From: an uncultured Methylomonas sp.
GTDB taxonomy: Bacteria > Pseudomonadota > Gammaproteobacteria > Methylococcales > Methylomonadaceae
Direction: 5' to 3'
Length of the DNA stretch: 64,000 nucleotides
Assembly: GCA_936941155.1 (NCBI GenBank)
Contig: CAKZJE010000047.1
Coordinates: forward strand, 11,154 to 75,153
Shown here: one piece after another, positions 10,080 to 19,494 of the stretch
How the letters are laid out: each line of letters starts with the position of its first letter
How positions within the stretch are numbered: position 1 is the first letter of the stretch
The notes under the pieces: model-generated
The model's input: only the letters and a program-made list of their open reading frames with translations
The model's database searches: none
Told to the model about the DNA's origin: nothing
Program-made: the position numbers and the translations under genes

Positions 10080-11207
10080 TCAAGCTAATAAATTAATCAG
10101 CATTTGCTCATAAATTTTGCTTAAAATTTCTAAATCATCTAGCCCAATATTTTCATTAACTTTATGAATGCTTTCATTCAGCGCACCTAGCTCTAAAACT
10201 TGTGCTCCGGTGGGTGCAATAAAGCGTCCATCAGAAGTGCCGCCGCCTGTGTCGTCCACTGTTTCAAAGCCTGTGATTTGTTGAATGGCAACATGCGCCG
10301 CGTCAATCAACGCGCCGGACGAAGTTAAAAAGGGATTGCCGGATAATCGCCAAGTGATGTCATATTTGAAATCGTATTTGTCTAAAATCGCGTGCGTGCG
10401 TTGCTTAATCATGTCCGCATTCAGTTCTGAACTAAAGCGCAAATTAAACATCACCTCTGCGGTTGCCGGAATAATGTTTTCCGCGCCTGTGCCAGAATTA
10501 ATATTGGACACTTGCAAACTGGTGGGTGGAAAAAATTGGTTGCCGTTATCCCACACTTCTTCCGTGAGTTCTTTCAAGGCTGGGGCAAAACGATGAATCG
10601 GGTTGTTAGCTAATTCGGGATAAGCGACATGTCCTTGAATTCCATGCACTTTTAATAAGGCGTTTAAAGAGCCGCGCCGTCCAACTCGAATCACATCGCC
10701 AATTTTTTTATCAGAAGAAGGCTCGCCGACTAAACACCAGTCGATTTTTTCTTGCCGCGCTTCCAAAACTTCTACCACTTTTACGACACCATTCGTCGCG
10801 ATGCCTTCTTCATCACTGGTCAACAGAACCGCAATTGAGCCTTGGTGATTGGGATGGTTTTCTACAAAACGTTCAACTGCGGTGATAAAAGCGGCAATTC
10901 CGCCTTTCATATCTGCTGCGCCACGACCGTAGAGTTTGCCATTGCGAATGGTTGGTTCAAATGGAGGCGAATCCCATGCCGCTAACGAGCCGGTCGGGAC
11001 AACATCGGTATGCCCTAAAAACACAAACAGCGGTTTTGCCGTGCCGCGTTTTAGCCAAATATTTTGCGTATCATTAAAATCCAGCCGTTCTGCCTGAAAA
11101 GCTAACGGAGCTAAACGTTGAATCAGTAAATCTTGGCAGCCTGCGTCTTTTGGGGTGACAGATTCGCGGCGAATTAAATCAATTAAAAGTTCTAAAGTGG
11201 GTGTCAT
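10080..11207 (-). CDS. dapE: Succinyl-diaminopimelate desuccinylase
   Basis: This is an M20 peptidase with full-length DapE-like sequence ([15 protein letters not shown]). Confidence 0.9.
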   Translation of the reverse strand: MTPTLELLIDLIRRESVTPKDAGCQDLLIQRLAPLAFQAERLDFNDTQNIWLKRGTAKPLFVFLGHTDVVPTGSLAAWDSPPFEPTIRNGKLYGRGAADMKGGIAAFITAVERFVENHPNHQGSIAVLLTSDEEGIATNGVVKVVEVLEARQEKIDWCLVGEPSSDKKIGDVIRVGRRGSLNALLKVHGIQGHVAYPELANNPIHRFAPALKELTEEVWDNGNQFFPPTSLQVSNINSGTGAENIIPATAEVMFNLRFSSELNADMIKQRTHAILDKYDFKYDITWRLSGNPFLTSSGALIDAAHVAIQQITGFETVDDTGGGTSDGRFIAPTGAQVLELGALNESIHKVNENIGLDDLEILSKIYEQMLINLLA

Positions 11208-11545
11208 AGTGTGCGTTGATAGTCATCAGCATTAAAGCCAATCAGAAAAGCATTGCCCGTTGCAAAAATCGGGCGTTTGATTAAAGTCGGATAGTCGAGG
11301 AGTAATTGCAGGGCGGTGTCAGCGGATAAATTCTGTTGTTGCGCATCGCTTAATTGTCGCCATGTGGTGCTGCGTTTGTTGACTAAGGTTTCCCAACCTA
11401 GATTTTGCGCAAATTGCTGCAACAATTCCAAATGAATGCGGTCTACTTTGTAATCATAAAACTCGTAGACGACATTGTGTTGATCCAACCATGCACGGGC
11501 TTTTTTCACGCTGTCGCAGTTTTTAATCCCGTAAAGTGTTGGCAT
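11204..11545 (-). CDS. ArsC/Spx-family protein (YffB-like)
   Basis: [20 protein letters not shown] is the characteristic ArsC-family N-terminus. It is translationally coupled to dapE. Confidence 0.75.
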   Translation of the reverse strand: MPTLYGIKNCDSVKKARAWLDQHNVVYEFYDYKVDRIHLELLQQFAQNLGWETLVNKRSTTWRQLSDAQQQNLSADTALQLLLDYPTLIKRPIFATGNAFLIGFNADDYQRTL

Positions 11546-11550
11546 AGCAA

Positions 11551-11805
11551 TTACCAATCGGTGGTTAATAATTCATCAATGCTTGGCAGTTCTTTGTCGT
11601 TTTTGCAGCGTTGTTTGTAAATATCGACAAATTCCATAAAGGCTTGTTCCAAATCATCTAAGGTTTCTTCTTCAATTTCGCGCTCATCAGAAGAGGGAAT
11701 GTCGTCAGAGTTTAAATAGTCTTTTTGGAAAGAAATTTCGCTGTTAATTGCCAAAATTGCGTAAATAATGGCGTTGCTAGAGGGTGATTGAGTCATAGAG
11801 TTCAC
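11551..11805 (-). CDS. Hypothetical acidic protein (84 aa)
   Basis: The ORF ends 5 bp before the arsC-like start. It is highly acidic with no recognisable domain. Confidence 0.35.
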   Translation of the reverse strand: MNSMTQSPSSNAIIYAILAINSEISFQKDYLNSDDIPSSDEREIEEETLDDLEQAFMEFVDIYKQRCKNDKELPSIDELLTTDW

Positions 11806-12202
11806 ATTGGTTAAGTTAAAAGTAAGAAGGTTAAATCGGTTCGGCAGTCATTTTGACAGATGACAATGAGCAAGGTTGTTTTCAGTGTAGCAATAACGCG
11901 CTTTTCCAACAAACTAAAAGATTTTTTTAGCCTTTGCGGCTGGGTTTTGATGGCAGAAAAATAGGTATTTAGCGCGGCATTGAATAGTTTTTTTGTTTTT
12001 TCAAGCGGACTCCATGCTTTGGTTGATTTTAAGTAGTAGAACAATCCAAATTTGTCGCACCTACAAAAAACACTATTAGGCGCGTGCGTTTCATGCCGCA
12101 ATCACTTCATCATGGACAAAATGTAATCGAATCACGCTCGGTTTTTGAGCGTCTTCAAAATGACATGCGACAGCTTCACGAACATTGGTAGTGCGTTTTA
12201 TT

Positions 12203-12475
12203 TTAAGTCGTTGTGACCGCTGTTATTTTTGAAATTAAAGGAAAGTTTTTTGGATTGCGAATTGAATCAATATGCAAATCAATATCCAGTTCAGACCAAT
12301 AAAGATGATGGGGCAGCGGTCTTTCAACACAAAACAGTTGTTCCACAGGAGCTTGACGAAACCAGGGAAATTCTGAAAACGGCACAAAAAGCTCCTCTTC
12401 TTCATCAAGTAAGAGCCAAAAGCCGTGTTTTGAAACGTTTAAAATTTCAACTTGGGAAGTGTTTGTGCCAAGCAT
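12203..12475 (-). CDS. DUF2442-family protein
   Basis: The sequence pattern is typical of DUF2442. It is paired with an upstream DUF4160 gene, as is commonly seen. Confidence 0.55.
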   Translation of the reverse strand: MLGTNTSQVEILNVSKHGFWLLLDEEEELFVPFSEFPWFRQAPVEQLFCVERPLPHHLYWSELDIDLHIDSIRNPKNFPLISKITAVTTT

Positions 12476-12689
12476 TTTTGATTTCCTGTTCGTGTGATTT
12501 AACCAAGTTTTCTGCTTCTTTGAGTTCTTGTGCGGACAAATTGAAGTTTTGCGCTAAAGCAATGATCGGTTCAAGCCAAAACTTTGCTTCGCCATCAGCA
12601 TGTTGAACGTGGACGTGCATTCGTAATTCTTCACGCGAGAAAAAGTAGAAGCGATAGCCGCGTTCGCGGAATACGGTAGGAGGGTTCAT
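12447..12689 (-). CDS. DUF4160-family protein
   Basis: The 80-aa protein is paired with DUF2442, and its start overlaps the stop of the upstream 59-aa ORF (ATGA). Confidence 0.55.
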   Translation of the reverse strand: MNPPTVFRERGYRFYFFSREELRMHVHVQHADGEAKFWLEPIIALAQNFNLSAQELKEAENLVKSHEQEIKNAWHKHFPS

Positions 12690-12863
12690 AAAGTGCCAAA
12701 TCCTGCATTGATAAGAAAATCCAGTTTTCCTGCATTGGAATCTTGCTCAATTTTTTTCTCCCAGCGTGATTGCTCGAATTCGATAAACCAGTCGCGCAAT
12801 TTTGCAAAAGAATTATCATCTAATTCTTCGATGTATTGTTCTATTGTTTCTACTTGAATCATT
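12686..12863 (-). CDS. Small ORF (59 aa, MIQVETIEQYIEELDDNSFAKLRDWFIEFEQSRWEKKIEQDSNAGKLDFLINAGFGTL)
   Basis: This was found by manual translation and is below the ORF-track cutoff. There is an AGGAG RBS 7 nt upstream, and the stop overlaps the DUF4160 start. Confidence 0.3.
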
Positions 12864-12892
12864 TGGAATGACTCCTGAAAATTATTAGGTGG

Positions 12893-12960
12893 CGATATTG
12901 TGATGCTTTTCCCTGATTACATTTCATTCCATCAGGGCTACTTGCTGTTCCTTTATCCGG
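12893..12960. repeat. Cassette-associated ~80-bp repeat, copy A
   Basis: The sequence attgtgatgcttttccctgattacatttcattccatcagggctacttgc resembles the copies at 13022-13075 and 13938-13985. Confidence 0.55.
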
Positions 12961-12989
12961 TTGTATCGGATGGTTATATTCGGGTCTAA

Positions 12990-13080
12990 GTTCATCTTTC
13001 ATAAATAATTATGATTTTGGTATTGTTATGCTTTTTCTGATTTAATTTCATCAATGGTGCTTGCTATTCTCAAGCTTAAT
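12990..13080. repeat. Cassette-associated ~80-bp repeat, copy B
   Basis: It contains catctttcataaataattatgattttggtattgttatgc...catcaatggtgcttgc. The stop codon of gene 13051-13851 lies inside it. Confidence 0.6.
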
Positions 13081-13851
13081 AACAAGCTCCATCCCTTGAA
13101 GCTGATACCGCAGAGAACTTTGCAATTCTTTTTTAATGTCAGTCATTTCCTCTAAAAAGCTACCACCAAAGAATCCCTCCTCTAAATCGCCTGTTATTTC
13201 AAATTCTATTCGCTTGTTCTTTTCCAACACCCGATAAGTCAGGCTAATTTCATCACTCTTATAAAGACCTTCGTTATCCAGAAGAGTACATTTTTTACAT
13301 ATTAAATCATGAGCATCAGTCACTTCTCTAATGCGCATAATTATCCCAACAATATCAATGCTTCCCGGAGAAGGTTTGTGAACATAAGGTCGTTGCGACG
13401 TTCCTGTAATTCCTATTATGGTTAATACAATCGCAGGAATTTTAATTAATTTACCTATGTTTAACTTTAATGAATATCTGTCACGCTTCGCGTAAACAAA
13501 GTGTGCAGCAGGGATAATGACAAAAGCCACCAAATCACTGTAGTCAACCGTGCGAATAAGCTTTAGCAGACTATAGGTATTAATGAATTCGATTAAGGCT
13601 TGAGAATAGGGACTTTTCCAGTATGAAAACAGCCCAACTACAAGCACGGAAGTTTCCAATACCCTCTTTGGAAATGCGTCTCTCAACACTAAAACGATAA
13701 GAAATATTCCAGAAAAGTCAGATATTTTTCCTGTAACAATACCTGGAAAATAATATTTAAAAACATGATCATTCAAGATGAGAAGAAACACGGAAAGTAA
13801 TAAAGGCCATGTTGTATAAATGCTATTTTTCATAGATTTTTCATCTTCCAA
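13051..13851 (-). CDS. Hypothetical membrane protein (266 aa)
   Basis: It has three or four predicted N-terminal TM segments and a soluble C-terminus, with no recognisable domain. Confidence 0.45.
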   Translation of the reverse strand: MEDEKSMKNSIYTTWPLLLSVFLLILNDHVFKYYFPGIVTGKISDFSGIFLIVLVLRDAFPKRVLETSVLVVGLFSYWKSPYSQALIEFINTYSLLKLIRTVDYSDLVAFVIIPAAHFVYAKRDRYSLKLNIGKLIKIPAIVLTIIGITGTSQRPYVHKPSPGSIDIVGIIMRIREVTDAHDLICKKCTLLDNEGLYKSDEISLTYRVLEKNKRIEFEITGDLEEGFFGGSFLEEMTDIKKELQSSLRYQLQGMELVIKLENSKHH

Positions 13852-13899
13852 TTCAGCAAGTAGTCTTCAATCATAAAAATCCATAATCGTTATTTTTAT

Positions 13900-13985
13900 C
13901 CCATTCGTATTTCATAAATAATTACAGTTTTGATATTGTTATGATTTTCCTAATCTATTTCATTCCATCTGGGCTATTTGCTAAT
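13900..13985. repeat. Cassette-associated ~80-bp repeat, copy C
   Basis: The sequence gtatttcataaataattacagttttgatattgttatgattttcc...cattccatctgggctatttgc is about 75% identical to copy B. The stop of gene 13974-14354 lies inside it. Confidence 0.6.
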
Positions 13986-14354
13986 TTTTTCTTTTCTAAC
14001 TCTAATAAAAACTACAATACACCACAGAATTATTGCCGATATAATCATTACCATAACGAGCATATAAAGTGGAAGCCATCTAAGAGCAACAAAAACACAC
14101 AGAATTAACCATGCTAGCAAGAAAAGCACTAAAGTTTTAAAAAAGATTTTTCGTTTAGTGCCTGGTGTTGCAAATATTGCAGCAATACCAGAGATGATTA
14201 GCTGTATTGCAAATAAAATTGAACTTAAACAGCCAAGTGCATAAAAAAGCACTGCAAGTGACAGGATTTCAACTCCGGATTTTGCATAAGCCGAGTTTGG
14301 CATTAAAAATAATGCAATTCCCAACATATTATTTTTAATCATAAAAATCCACAA
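13974..14354 (-). CDS. Small polytopic membrane protein (126 aa)
   Basis: It has four hydrophobic segments and no recognisable domain. Confidence 0.4.
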   Translation of the reverse strand: MWIFMIKNNMLGIALFLMPNSAYAKSGVEILSLAVLFYALGCLSSILFAIQLIISGIAAIFATPGTKRKIFFKTLVLFLLAWLILCVFVALRWLPLYMLVMVMIISAIILWCIVVFIRVRKEKISK

Positions 14355-14384
14355 TCGATTGCAAAGCGGTCAACAACTTGCACA

Positions 14385-14425
14385 CCCAATAAACAAAAAA
14401 GCCGACATTGCGTCGGCTTTCTTGT
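14385..14425 (-). terminator. Rho-independent terminator downstream of dapD
   Basis: On the minus strand the hairpin aaagccgac-gcaatg-tcggcttt is followed by a T-run. Confidence 0.5.
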
Positions 14426-14436
14426 GTCAAAACTAA

Positions 14437-15255
14437 TTAATCCCGCAACAACTCATTAATGCTAGTTTTGCTGCGTGTTCTTTCATCCACTTGTTTAATG
14501 ATAACAGCGCAATACAAACTGTATTTGCCATCGCTGGAAGGCAAGTTGCCCGAAACCACTACCGAACCTGCTGGAATGCGCCCGTAAGTCACTTCGCCCG
14601 TCATGCGGTTGAAAATCTTGGTGCTTTGACCAATATAAACGCCCATTGAAATCACTGAGCCTTCTTCCACAATCACGCCTTCCACGATTTCAGAACGTGC
14701 GCCGATAAAACAATTGTCTTCAATAATCGTTGGTGCAGCTTGCAATGGCTCTAGCACTCCACCTATGCCTACGCCACCGGACAAATGCACGTTTTTACCA
14801 ATTTGCGCACATGAACCGACTGTCACCCAAGTGTCAACCATGGTGCCGCTATCCACATACGCGCCGATATTCACATAAGACGGCATTAAAATTGCGCCCG
14901 GAGCGATATAAGAACCGTGTCTGGCATTGGCATTTGGCACAACCCGCACGCCCGCTTTGGCGAAATCTTCGGGGGTGTAAGTGGCAAATTTAGTTTCGAT
15001 TTTGTCGTAATAACGATTTACACCGCCGTCCATTACACGGTTTTCGTTGATTCTGAAAGACAGCAACACAGCTTTTTTCAGCCATTGATTCACTACCCAT
15101 TGCCCATTGATTTTTTCGGCAACCCGCGCTGTGCCCTTGTCTAGTAAGTTTACTGATGCTTCAATGGCATCACGCAATTCCGCGCACACGCTGGTTGGAG
15201 TGATGTCGGCACGGTTTTCAAAAGCGTCACAAATAATTTTTTCAAGATTTTGCAT
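14437..15255 (-). CDS. dapD: 2,3,4,5-tetrahydropyridine-2,6-dicarboxylate N-succinyltransferase
   Basis: It is near-colinear with E. coli DapD ([21 protein letters not shown], hexapeptide repeats). Confidence 0.9.
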   Translation of the reverse strand: MQNLEKIICDAFENRADITPTSVCAELRDAIEASVNLLDKGTARVAEKINGQWVVNQWLKKAVLLSFRINENRVMDGGVNRYYDKIETKFATYTPEDFAKAGVRVVPNANARHGSYIAPGAILMPSYVNIGAYVDSGTMVDTWVTVGSCAQIGKNVHLSGGVGIGGVLEPLQAAPTIIEDNCFIGARSEIVEGVIVEEGSVISMGVYIGQSTKIFNRMTGEVTYGRIPAGSVVVSGNLPSSDGKYSLYCAVIIKQVDERTRSKTSINELLRD

Positions 15256-15309
15256 GATAATTTTTAAGATTACAGAGAGTTAATAAAATGTTGTGTTAGA
15301 TTTCTAGCA

Positions 15310-15341
15310 AACCTTTCAGGTCTTAAAGACCTGAAAGGTTT
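15310..15341. repeat. Palindromic element acctttcaggtcttaaagacctgaaaggtt (family R2) at the dapC 3' end
   Basis: This is a perfect 13-bp stem. A near-identical copy lies at 28487-28518. Confidence 0.6.
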
Positions 15342-16576
15342 AAACCAGCAATAAAGTTTTTGATTCGCAAAGCCGCTTCCGTGCATTCTGCCACCGGAGC
15401 AACTAAAGCAATTCTGACATGATTTTCACCCGGATTAACGCCATCAGCTTCGCGTGATAAATAACTGCCCGGCAACACAGTGACGTTTTGCTGGGCAAAA
15501 AGTTGTTGCGCAAAATCCGTATCTGACATCCCCCTCATTCCCCCTTTGTTAAAGGGGGACGCTGAAAGCTGGGGGATTTTCAACCAAATATAAAAACTGG
15601 CAGGCGGTTTTTTCACTTCACAAACATCAGACAAAACATTGATAAATGCGGCAAATTTTTCCCGATACAGTTTTCTGTTTTCCACCACATGCGCTTCATC
15701 TTGCCATGCCGCAATACTGGCATATTGCGTTGGCAGTGGCATTGGGCAGCCGTGATAAGTGCGATATTGAAAATAACTTGCCAAAATATCAGCATCACCC
15801 GCGACAAAACCGGAACGCAAGCCCGGCGCGTTAGAGCGTTTTGATAAACTTTGAAACATCACACAGCGTTTAAAAGCCGTGTTGCCGAGTTGATACGCCG
15901 ATTGCAATAAACCTTGCGGTGGATTTTGTTCATCATCATAAAGTTCGGTGTAGCATTCATCCGATGCGATGACAAAATCAAACTTTTTAGCTAACGCTAA
16001 GATTTTCTGATGTTGTTCTTTGCTCAATAAAGTTCCGGTCGGATTGCCTGGCGAACAAATAAACAGCAATGCGCAGCGTTGCCAAACTTCATCGGGTACG
16101 CTGTCAAAATCAGGCAAATAGTCATTTTCCTCCGGCGTATTCAAATAATAAGGTGTTGCGCCCGCTAACAGAGCCGCGCCTTCATAAATTTGATAAAACG
16201 GATTTGGCATTACCACCAGAGGTTTTTCGTTTGGATTAACCACCGCTTGCACAAACGAAAACAGAGCCTCGCGCGTACCGCTGACGGGTAGCACTTGTGT
16301 TTCTGGATTTACACTATTTTCAGAAAATCCGAACCGCTTTTCGATCCATTGACTAATCGTGCCGCGTAACTGCGGCAAACCTTTCGTGGTTGGATAATTG
16401 CCTAATCCTGACAAGTTATTTATCAACGCTTGTTGAATAAATGCCGGCGTGGGATGTTTTGGCTCGCCAATGGATAAAGCAATATGCGCTTTTTCCGCTG
16501 GCGGCGTAATCCCCTGTTTTAAAGAACTCAGTTTTTCAAACGGATAAGGGTGACATTGAGTTAAATACGGGTTCAT
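15323..16576 (-). CDS. dapC: Class I aminotransferase, probable N-succinyl-LL-diaminopimelate aminotransferase
   Basis: It has the aminotransferase I/II fold with a PLP lysine region (SLSKRSNAPGLRSGF), and the dapC-dapD arrangement is known from betaproteobacterial loci. It also contains an unusual GC-rich in-frame insertion (see findings). Confidence 0.65.
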   Translation of the reverse strand: MNPYLTQCHPYPFEKLSSLKQGITPPAEKAHIALSIGEPKHPTPAFIQQALINNLSGLGNYPTTKGLPQLRGTISQWIEKRFGFSENSVNPETQVLPVSGTREALFSFVQAVVNPNEKPLVVMPNPFYQIYEGAALLAGATPYYLNTPEENDYLPDFDSVPDEVWQRCALLFICSPGNPTGTLLSKEQHQKILALAKKFDFVIASDECYTELYDDEQNPPQGLLQSAYQLGNTAFKRCVMFQSLSKRSNAPGLRSGFVAGDADILASYFQYRTYHGCPMPLPTQYASIAAWQDEAHVVENRKLYREKFAAFINVLSDVCEVKKPPASFYIWLKIPQLSASPFNKGGMRGMSDTDFAQQLFAQQNVTVLPGSYLSREADGVNPGENHVRIALVAPVAECTEAALRIKNFIAGLNLSGL

Positions 16577-17364
16577 TTGCTACAGTTTGGACGTTTACCG
16601 GAAGCTTGCGCTTGTTGATATTGTTGCAATGCACCCGCCATATTATTGTTTAATTCGCTAATGCGGCTGGCATTGGCAGGATGCGTGGACATAAATTCAG
16701 GCGTTTCTTGTCCGCCACTGGCTTGCGACATTTTTTGCCACAGTGCCAAGCTTTGTCTAGGGTCAAAGCCTGATTGCGCCATTAAGCGTAAGCCAATGAT
16801 GTCGGCTTCGCTTTCTTGGGTACGACTGTAAGGTAATAACACACCGTATTCTGCTGCCATCCCTAACGCGCTCATGCCTAGCTGTCCTAACGCTGTTTGC
16901 GGAACGCCTACCACAGCACCTACAACGCTCATGCCTTGATTCATGGCAGTTTCTTGCGACATTCTTTCGTTGCTGTGTTTGGCTAAAACGTGACCAATTT
17001 CATGCCCGATGACGGCGGCTAATTGTGATTGATCTGTGACCATATTCACTAAGCCGGTATATACGCCGATTTTATTGCCCGGCAATGCAAAAGCGTTCAG
17101 AGAATTATCTTCAAAAACAACAATTTCCCATACGCCACCGCCGACTAATTGCGTAATCGGTTGCGCAATGCAGTTTACATAGCTGGTATAGCGGCTGTTG
17201 GTTGTCACGGGTTTGGTTTGTTTTAATTTGGTAAATGCTTGCAATCCCATTTCCGACATTTGTGTATCAGGCATCATCATGAACTGAGTTCTGCCGGTGG
17301 GGCTTTTGGTGCAAGCTGTTAAAACACAGCAGGCGGCTAACGTTAAGAGGAGTTTGTTACGCAT
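16573..17364 (-). CDS. M48-family zinc metalloprotease lipoprotein (YcaL/LoiP-like)
   Basis: It has the HEXXH motif VIGHEIGHVLAKH and the lipobox LTAC. Confidence 0.75.
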   Translation of the reverse strand: MRNKLLLTLAACCVLTACTKSPTGRTQFMMMPDTQMSEMGLQAFTKLKQTKPVTTNSRYTSYVNCIAQPITQLVGGGVWEIVVFEDNSLNAFALPGNKIGVYTGLVNMVTDQSQLAAVIGHEIGHVLAKHSNERMSQETAMNQGMSVVGAVVGVPQTALGQLGMSALGMAAEYGVLLPYSRTQESEADIIGLRLMAQSGFDPRQSLALWQKMSQASGGQETPEFMSTHPANASRISELNNNMAGALQQYQQAQASGKRPNCSK

Positions 17365-17525
17365 GGTTTATGTCTCAGTGGAATTGATAAAACAGACGGT
17401 ATTTTAGCGTAACTTCAGCATGAGCGGTTAAAAAACCTGTTGGTTTAGCTGGATGAAAACTTTAGGGAATGCGGTTTGCGGAACTTAAGCGTAACAAAGC
17501 AGGTGGCTTTATTTGTTAAAGCCAA

Positions 17526-17565
17526 AATTTTTCAAGACGACTGGTCATCTTGAAAAAATTTCAGA
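17526..17565. repeat. Palindromic element family R1 (tttcAAGACGACtgGTCaTCTTgaaaaaattt)
   Basis: It is an intergenic copy. Similar copies lie at 32121-32158, 48215-48260 and 54861-54898. Confidence 0.6.
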
Positions 17566-17630
17566 AAAACTCTTAAAACAAACACCGCTTTGATTACGGT
17601 ATCGCTAAATGAAGTCGGGCGTTGAGTGAT

Positions 17631-18254
17631 TTATTTAAAGGTTGAAATTGCAGCAGCTTTCGGGGTGGGTTCTGGTTTGTTATTGGGCTGATTCATAACG
17701 CCTTGTGTTGACTCTATGATGCGATGATTGGAATGCTTTTCTTCTCTGCTAGGCATTAAATACTGATTTTGATAATAAAGTTCGTATTGAATCAATGGCT
17801 TTACAGCTTCCAAGGTTCTAATTTGCATTTCTAGCATTTCCTTTTTACTAATTGCGTTATTCATATACATTTGGCATGTGAAATATGAATTTGCCAGAAA
17901 TAGCTGCATTCCTTGGGTGCGTTTATTCAAAACTGTATTTGCAGTCGATGCTTCAAAGATTGCATCAATATCCGCAGATGTTTTTCCCGCTTGTTGTATC
18001 GCCGCTTTAATTTGATTGAGATGCGCGGTATCAATCCCAATTTCGGTCGGTGCTTCAGCACAAAAGCGATTGTTTTTAAAATTGACTAGAACAACTCTGC
18101 GTTCTGGTGTTAAAGAAAGAGTGCCGATTGGCGCGGCTTTAAACACTGTTTGATTTAACCTTTCTTCGATCACAGGTTGCTCCATAGGGTTAGTAAACAA
18201 TGAACAGCCTTGGAAAATATTGCAAACTATTATTAGAGCAAAGGATTTTTTCAT
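17631..18254 (-). CDS. Hypothetical lipoprotein
   Basis: It has a signal peptide and the lipobox FQGC. Confidence 0.45.
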   Translation of the reverse strand: MKKSFALIIVCNIFQGCSLFTNPMEQPVIEERLNQTVFKAAPIGTLSLTPERRVVLVNFKNNRFCAEAPTEIGIDTAHLNQIKAAIQQAGKTSADIDAIFEASTANTVLNKRTQGMQLFLANSYFTCQMYMNNAISKKEMLEMQIRTLEAVKPLIQYELYYQNQYLMPSREEKHSNHRIIESTQGVMNQPNNKPEPTPKAAAISTFK

Positions 18255-18294
18255 AAATCTTCTCTTTAATATTTAAAAACGGAAGCCACAGGAT

Positions 18295-18334
18295 ATGTAG
18301 GTTCGGATTTATCCGAACAATGCTAAGGAAGGTG
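18295..18334. repeat. MITE-like element family R3 (tgtaggttcggatttatccgaacaatgc), partial copy
   Basis: It shares its first 30 bp with the copy at 34272-34340. Confidence 0.5.
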
Positions 18335-18442
18335 TACAAATCAACTTAGGCAAGTTTCCTCTTAAAATCGCTGAGGTTACGACTGGCAGTCCTTTAAGGA
18401 CTGCCAGTCGTAAAGTTGCCGCGTTTATTTCATGCGCATTTT
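18332..18442. repeat. ~110-bp repeat family R4, copy 1 (contains the 12-bp-stem hairpin gactggcagtcc-tttaa-ggactgccagtc)
   Basis: It is about 90% identical to 29262-29372, and both copies are intergenic. Confidence 0.6.
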
Positions 18443-18461
18443 TTACGCGCTGTTACTTAAA

Positions 18462-18833
18462 TCAAAAGGCATAAAACATGTTGGCTAATGCCAGTCCAAT
18501 TAACGTAAAAAAAGTGCATTGCATTCCAAGCACTCTAAAACGCAGATTTTCAGTTAATAAACCACGCGCGTGCAGAATGCGTCCGATGACCAGAACAATA
18601 CCAGCGATATGTATCATGGCGGTATGCCCTGCATTGAATTCTAAAAGTATGAGTAAAATCAGTGAAATAGGGATGTATTCAATCGCATTTCCTTGCACAC
18701 GGATAGCCAGCTGAAGTTCAGCTTCGCCACCATCGCCTAAGCTGACTTGTTTTGACCTGCGCACGTTGATAACTCGCAGCGATAGCCAAACAATCCAGAG
18801 TGCTAATAATCCGGCATATAAAGAACTAATCAT
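18462..18833 (-). CDS. MAPEG-family inner membrane protein (YecN-like)
   Basis: It has three or four TM helices with a MAPEG-like pattern. The start was chosen at the internal M (MISSLYAG). Confidence 0.6.
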   Translation of the reverse strand: MISSLYAGLLALWIVWLSLRVINVRRSKQVSLGDGGEAELQLAIRVQGNAIEYIPISLILLILLEFNAGHTAMIHIAGIVLVIGRILHARGLLTENLRFRVLGMQCTFFTLIGLALANMFYAF

Positions 18834-18932
18834 AAAATCCTCTTCAATATAAAAGTTGGTTTGGGTTTTGCGCCTTACTGCATTAAGAAACAACTGTCTT
18901 CGTTGTCGGCATGGGGTAGTAATGTTTCAATA

Positions 18933-19202
18933 CTAATAAACCTCATCATGTGTTCCAATATCCACTAAAGTAATTTCATCATCTTGAATCACAATTACGC
19001 AAACAATACGATATTCATACGTCAAACTACACGCATGAAATTCGCTAAACTCCCCTTTCAGTTTATGCGTTTTTAAGGATGGGTCGAAAGGGTTATTTTT
19101 TAGCTTCTTAAGAGTTTCAGAATATTTATCAAGCAAGTGAGCGTGTTTTTTAAAAAACTTTCGTTCTTTGCGTTGATAGCTTTCATTTCTAATTAATTTC
19201 AT
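18933..19202 (-). CDS. RelE/ParE-family type II toxin
   Basis: The C-terminal RIVCVIVIQDDEITLVDIGTHDEVY matches the RelE/ParE signature. It overlaps the upstream small antitoxin-like ORF. Confidence 0.7.
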   Translation of the reverse strand: MKLIRNESYQRKERKFFKKHAHLLDKYSETLKKLKNNPFDPSLKTHKLKGEFSEFHACSLTYEYRIVCVIVIQDDEITLVDIGTHDEVY

Positions 19203-19419
19203 TGCGGAGAGATTTAATATGTGAATCTATATCGTCTATTTCACTAAATCCTGAATAATCACCTTGTTTTATTTTTGCCAACGTGTTTAAACACATTGTT
19301 TTGTCTATTTTAAATTCTTCGCTTTCTTGAAGCTGTTTGAGTTTGCTTTTAAATTCACCGAGGTATTGTTGCACAACGTGGCTGGGTAAATTATCGGGAA
19401 TATCAATCGTGATTTGCAT
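19189..19419 (-). CDS. Putative antitoxin of the RelE/ParE module
   Basis: This 76-aa ORF overlaps the toxin start by 14 bp. Confidence 0.45.
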   Translation of the reverse strand: MQITIDIPDNLPSHVVQQYLGEFKSKLKQLQESEEFKIDKTMCLNTLAKIKQGDYSGFSEIDDIDSHIKSLRNEIN

Positions 19420-19435
19420 TTTTTGTTCTCTATTT

Positions 19436-19492
19436 TTGTTTTTGGCTCACACGCAAGAGGCGGCGCAATATGTTTTACTATTGCGTTTTATG
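19436..19492. repeat. Repeat family R5 (ttttggct..acgcaagaggcggcgcaatatgttttactattgcg), copy 1
   Basis: It contains the palindrome ggcgcaata...tattgcgcc and abuts the higA stop codon. Confidence 0.6.
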
Positions 19493-19494
19493 GG

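Noticed and set aside
11811-12101. A 96-aa ORF between the acidic 84-aa ORF and DUF2442.
   Set aside because: It has a Lys/Cys-rich odd composition, no RBS and no domain, and is probably non-coding. It is kept only as part of the cassette-like insertion region.
11546-14436. The idea that the cassette-like region is a bona fide integron array.
   Set aside because: There is no intI integrase or attI in the window. I could not identify the GTTRRRY / RYYYAAC core sites in the 80-bp repeats by eye. It is therefore reported only as cassette-like.
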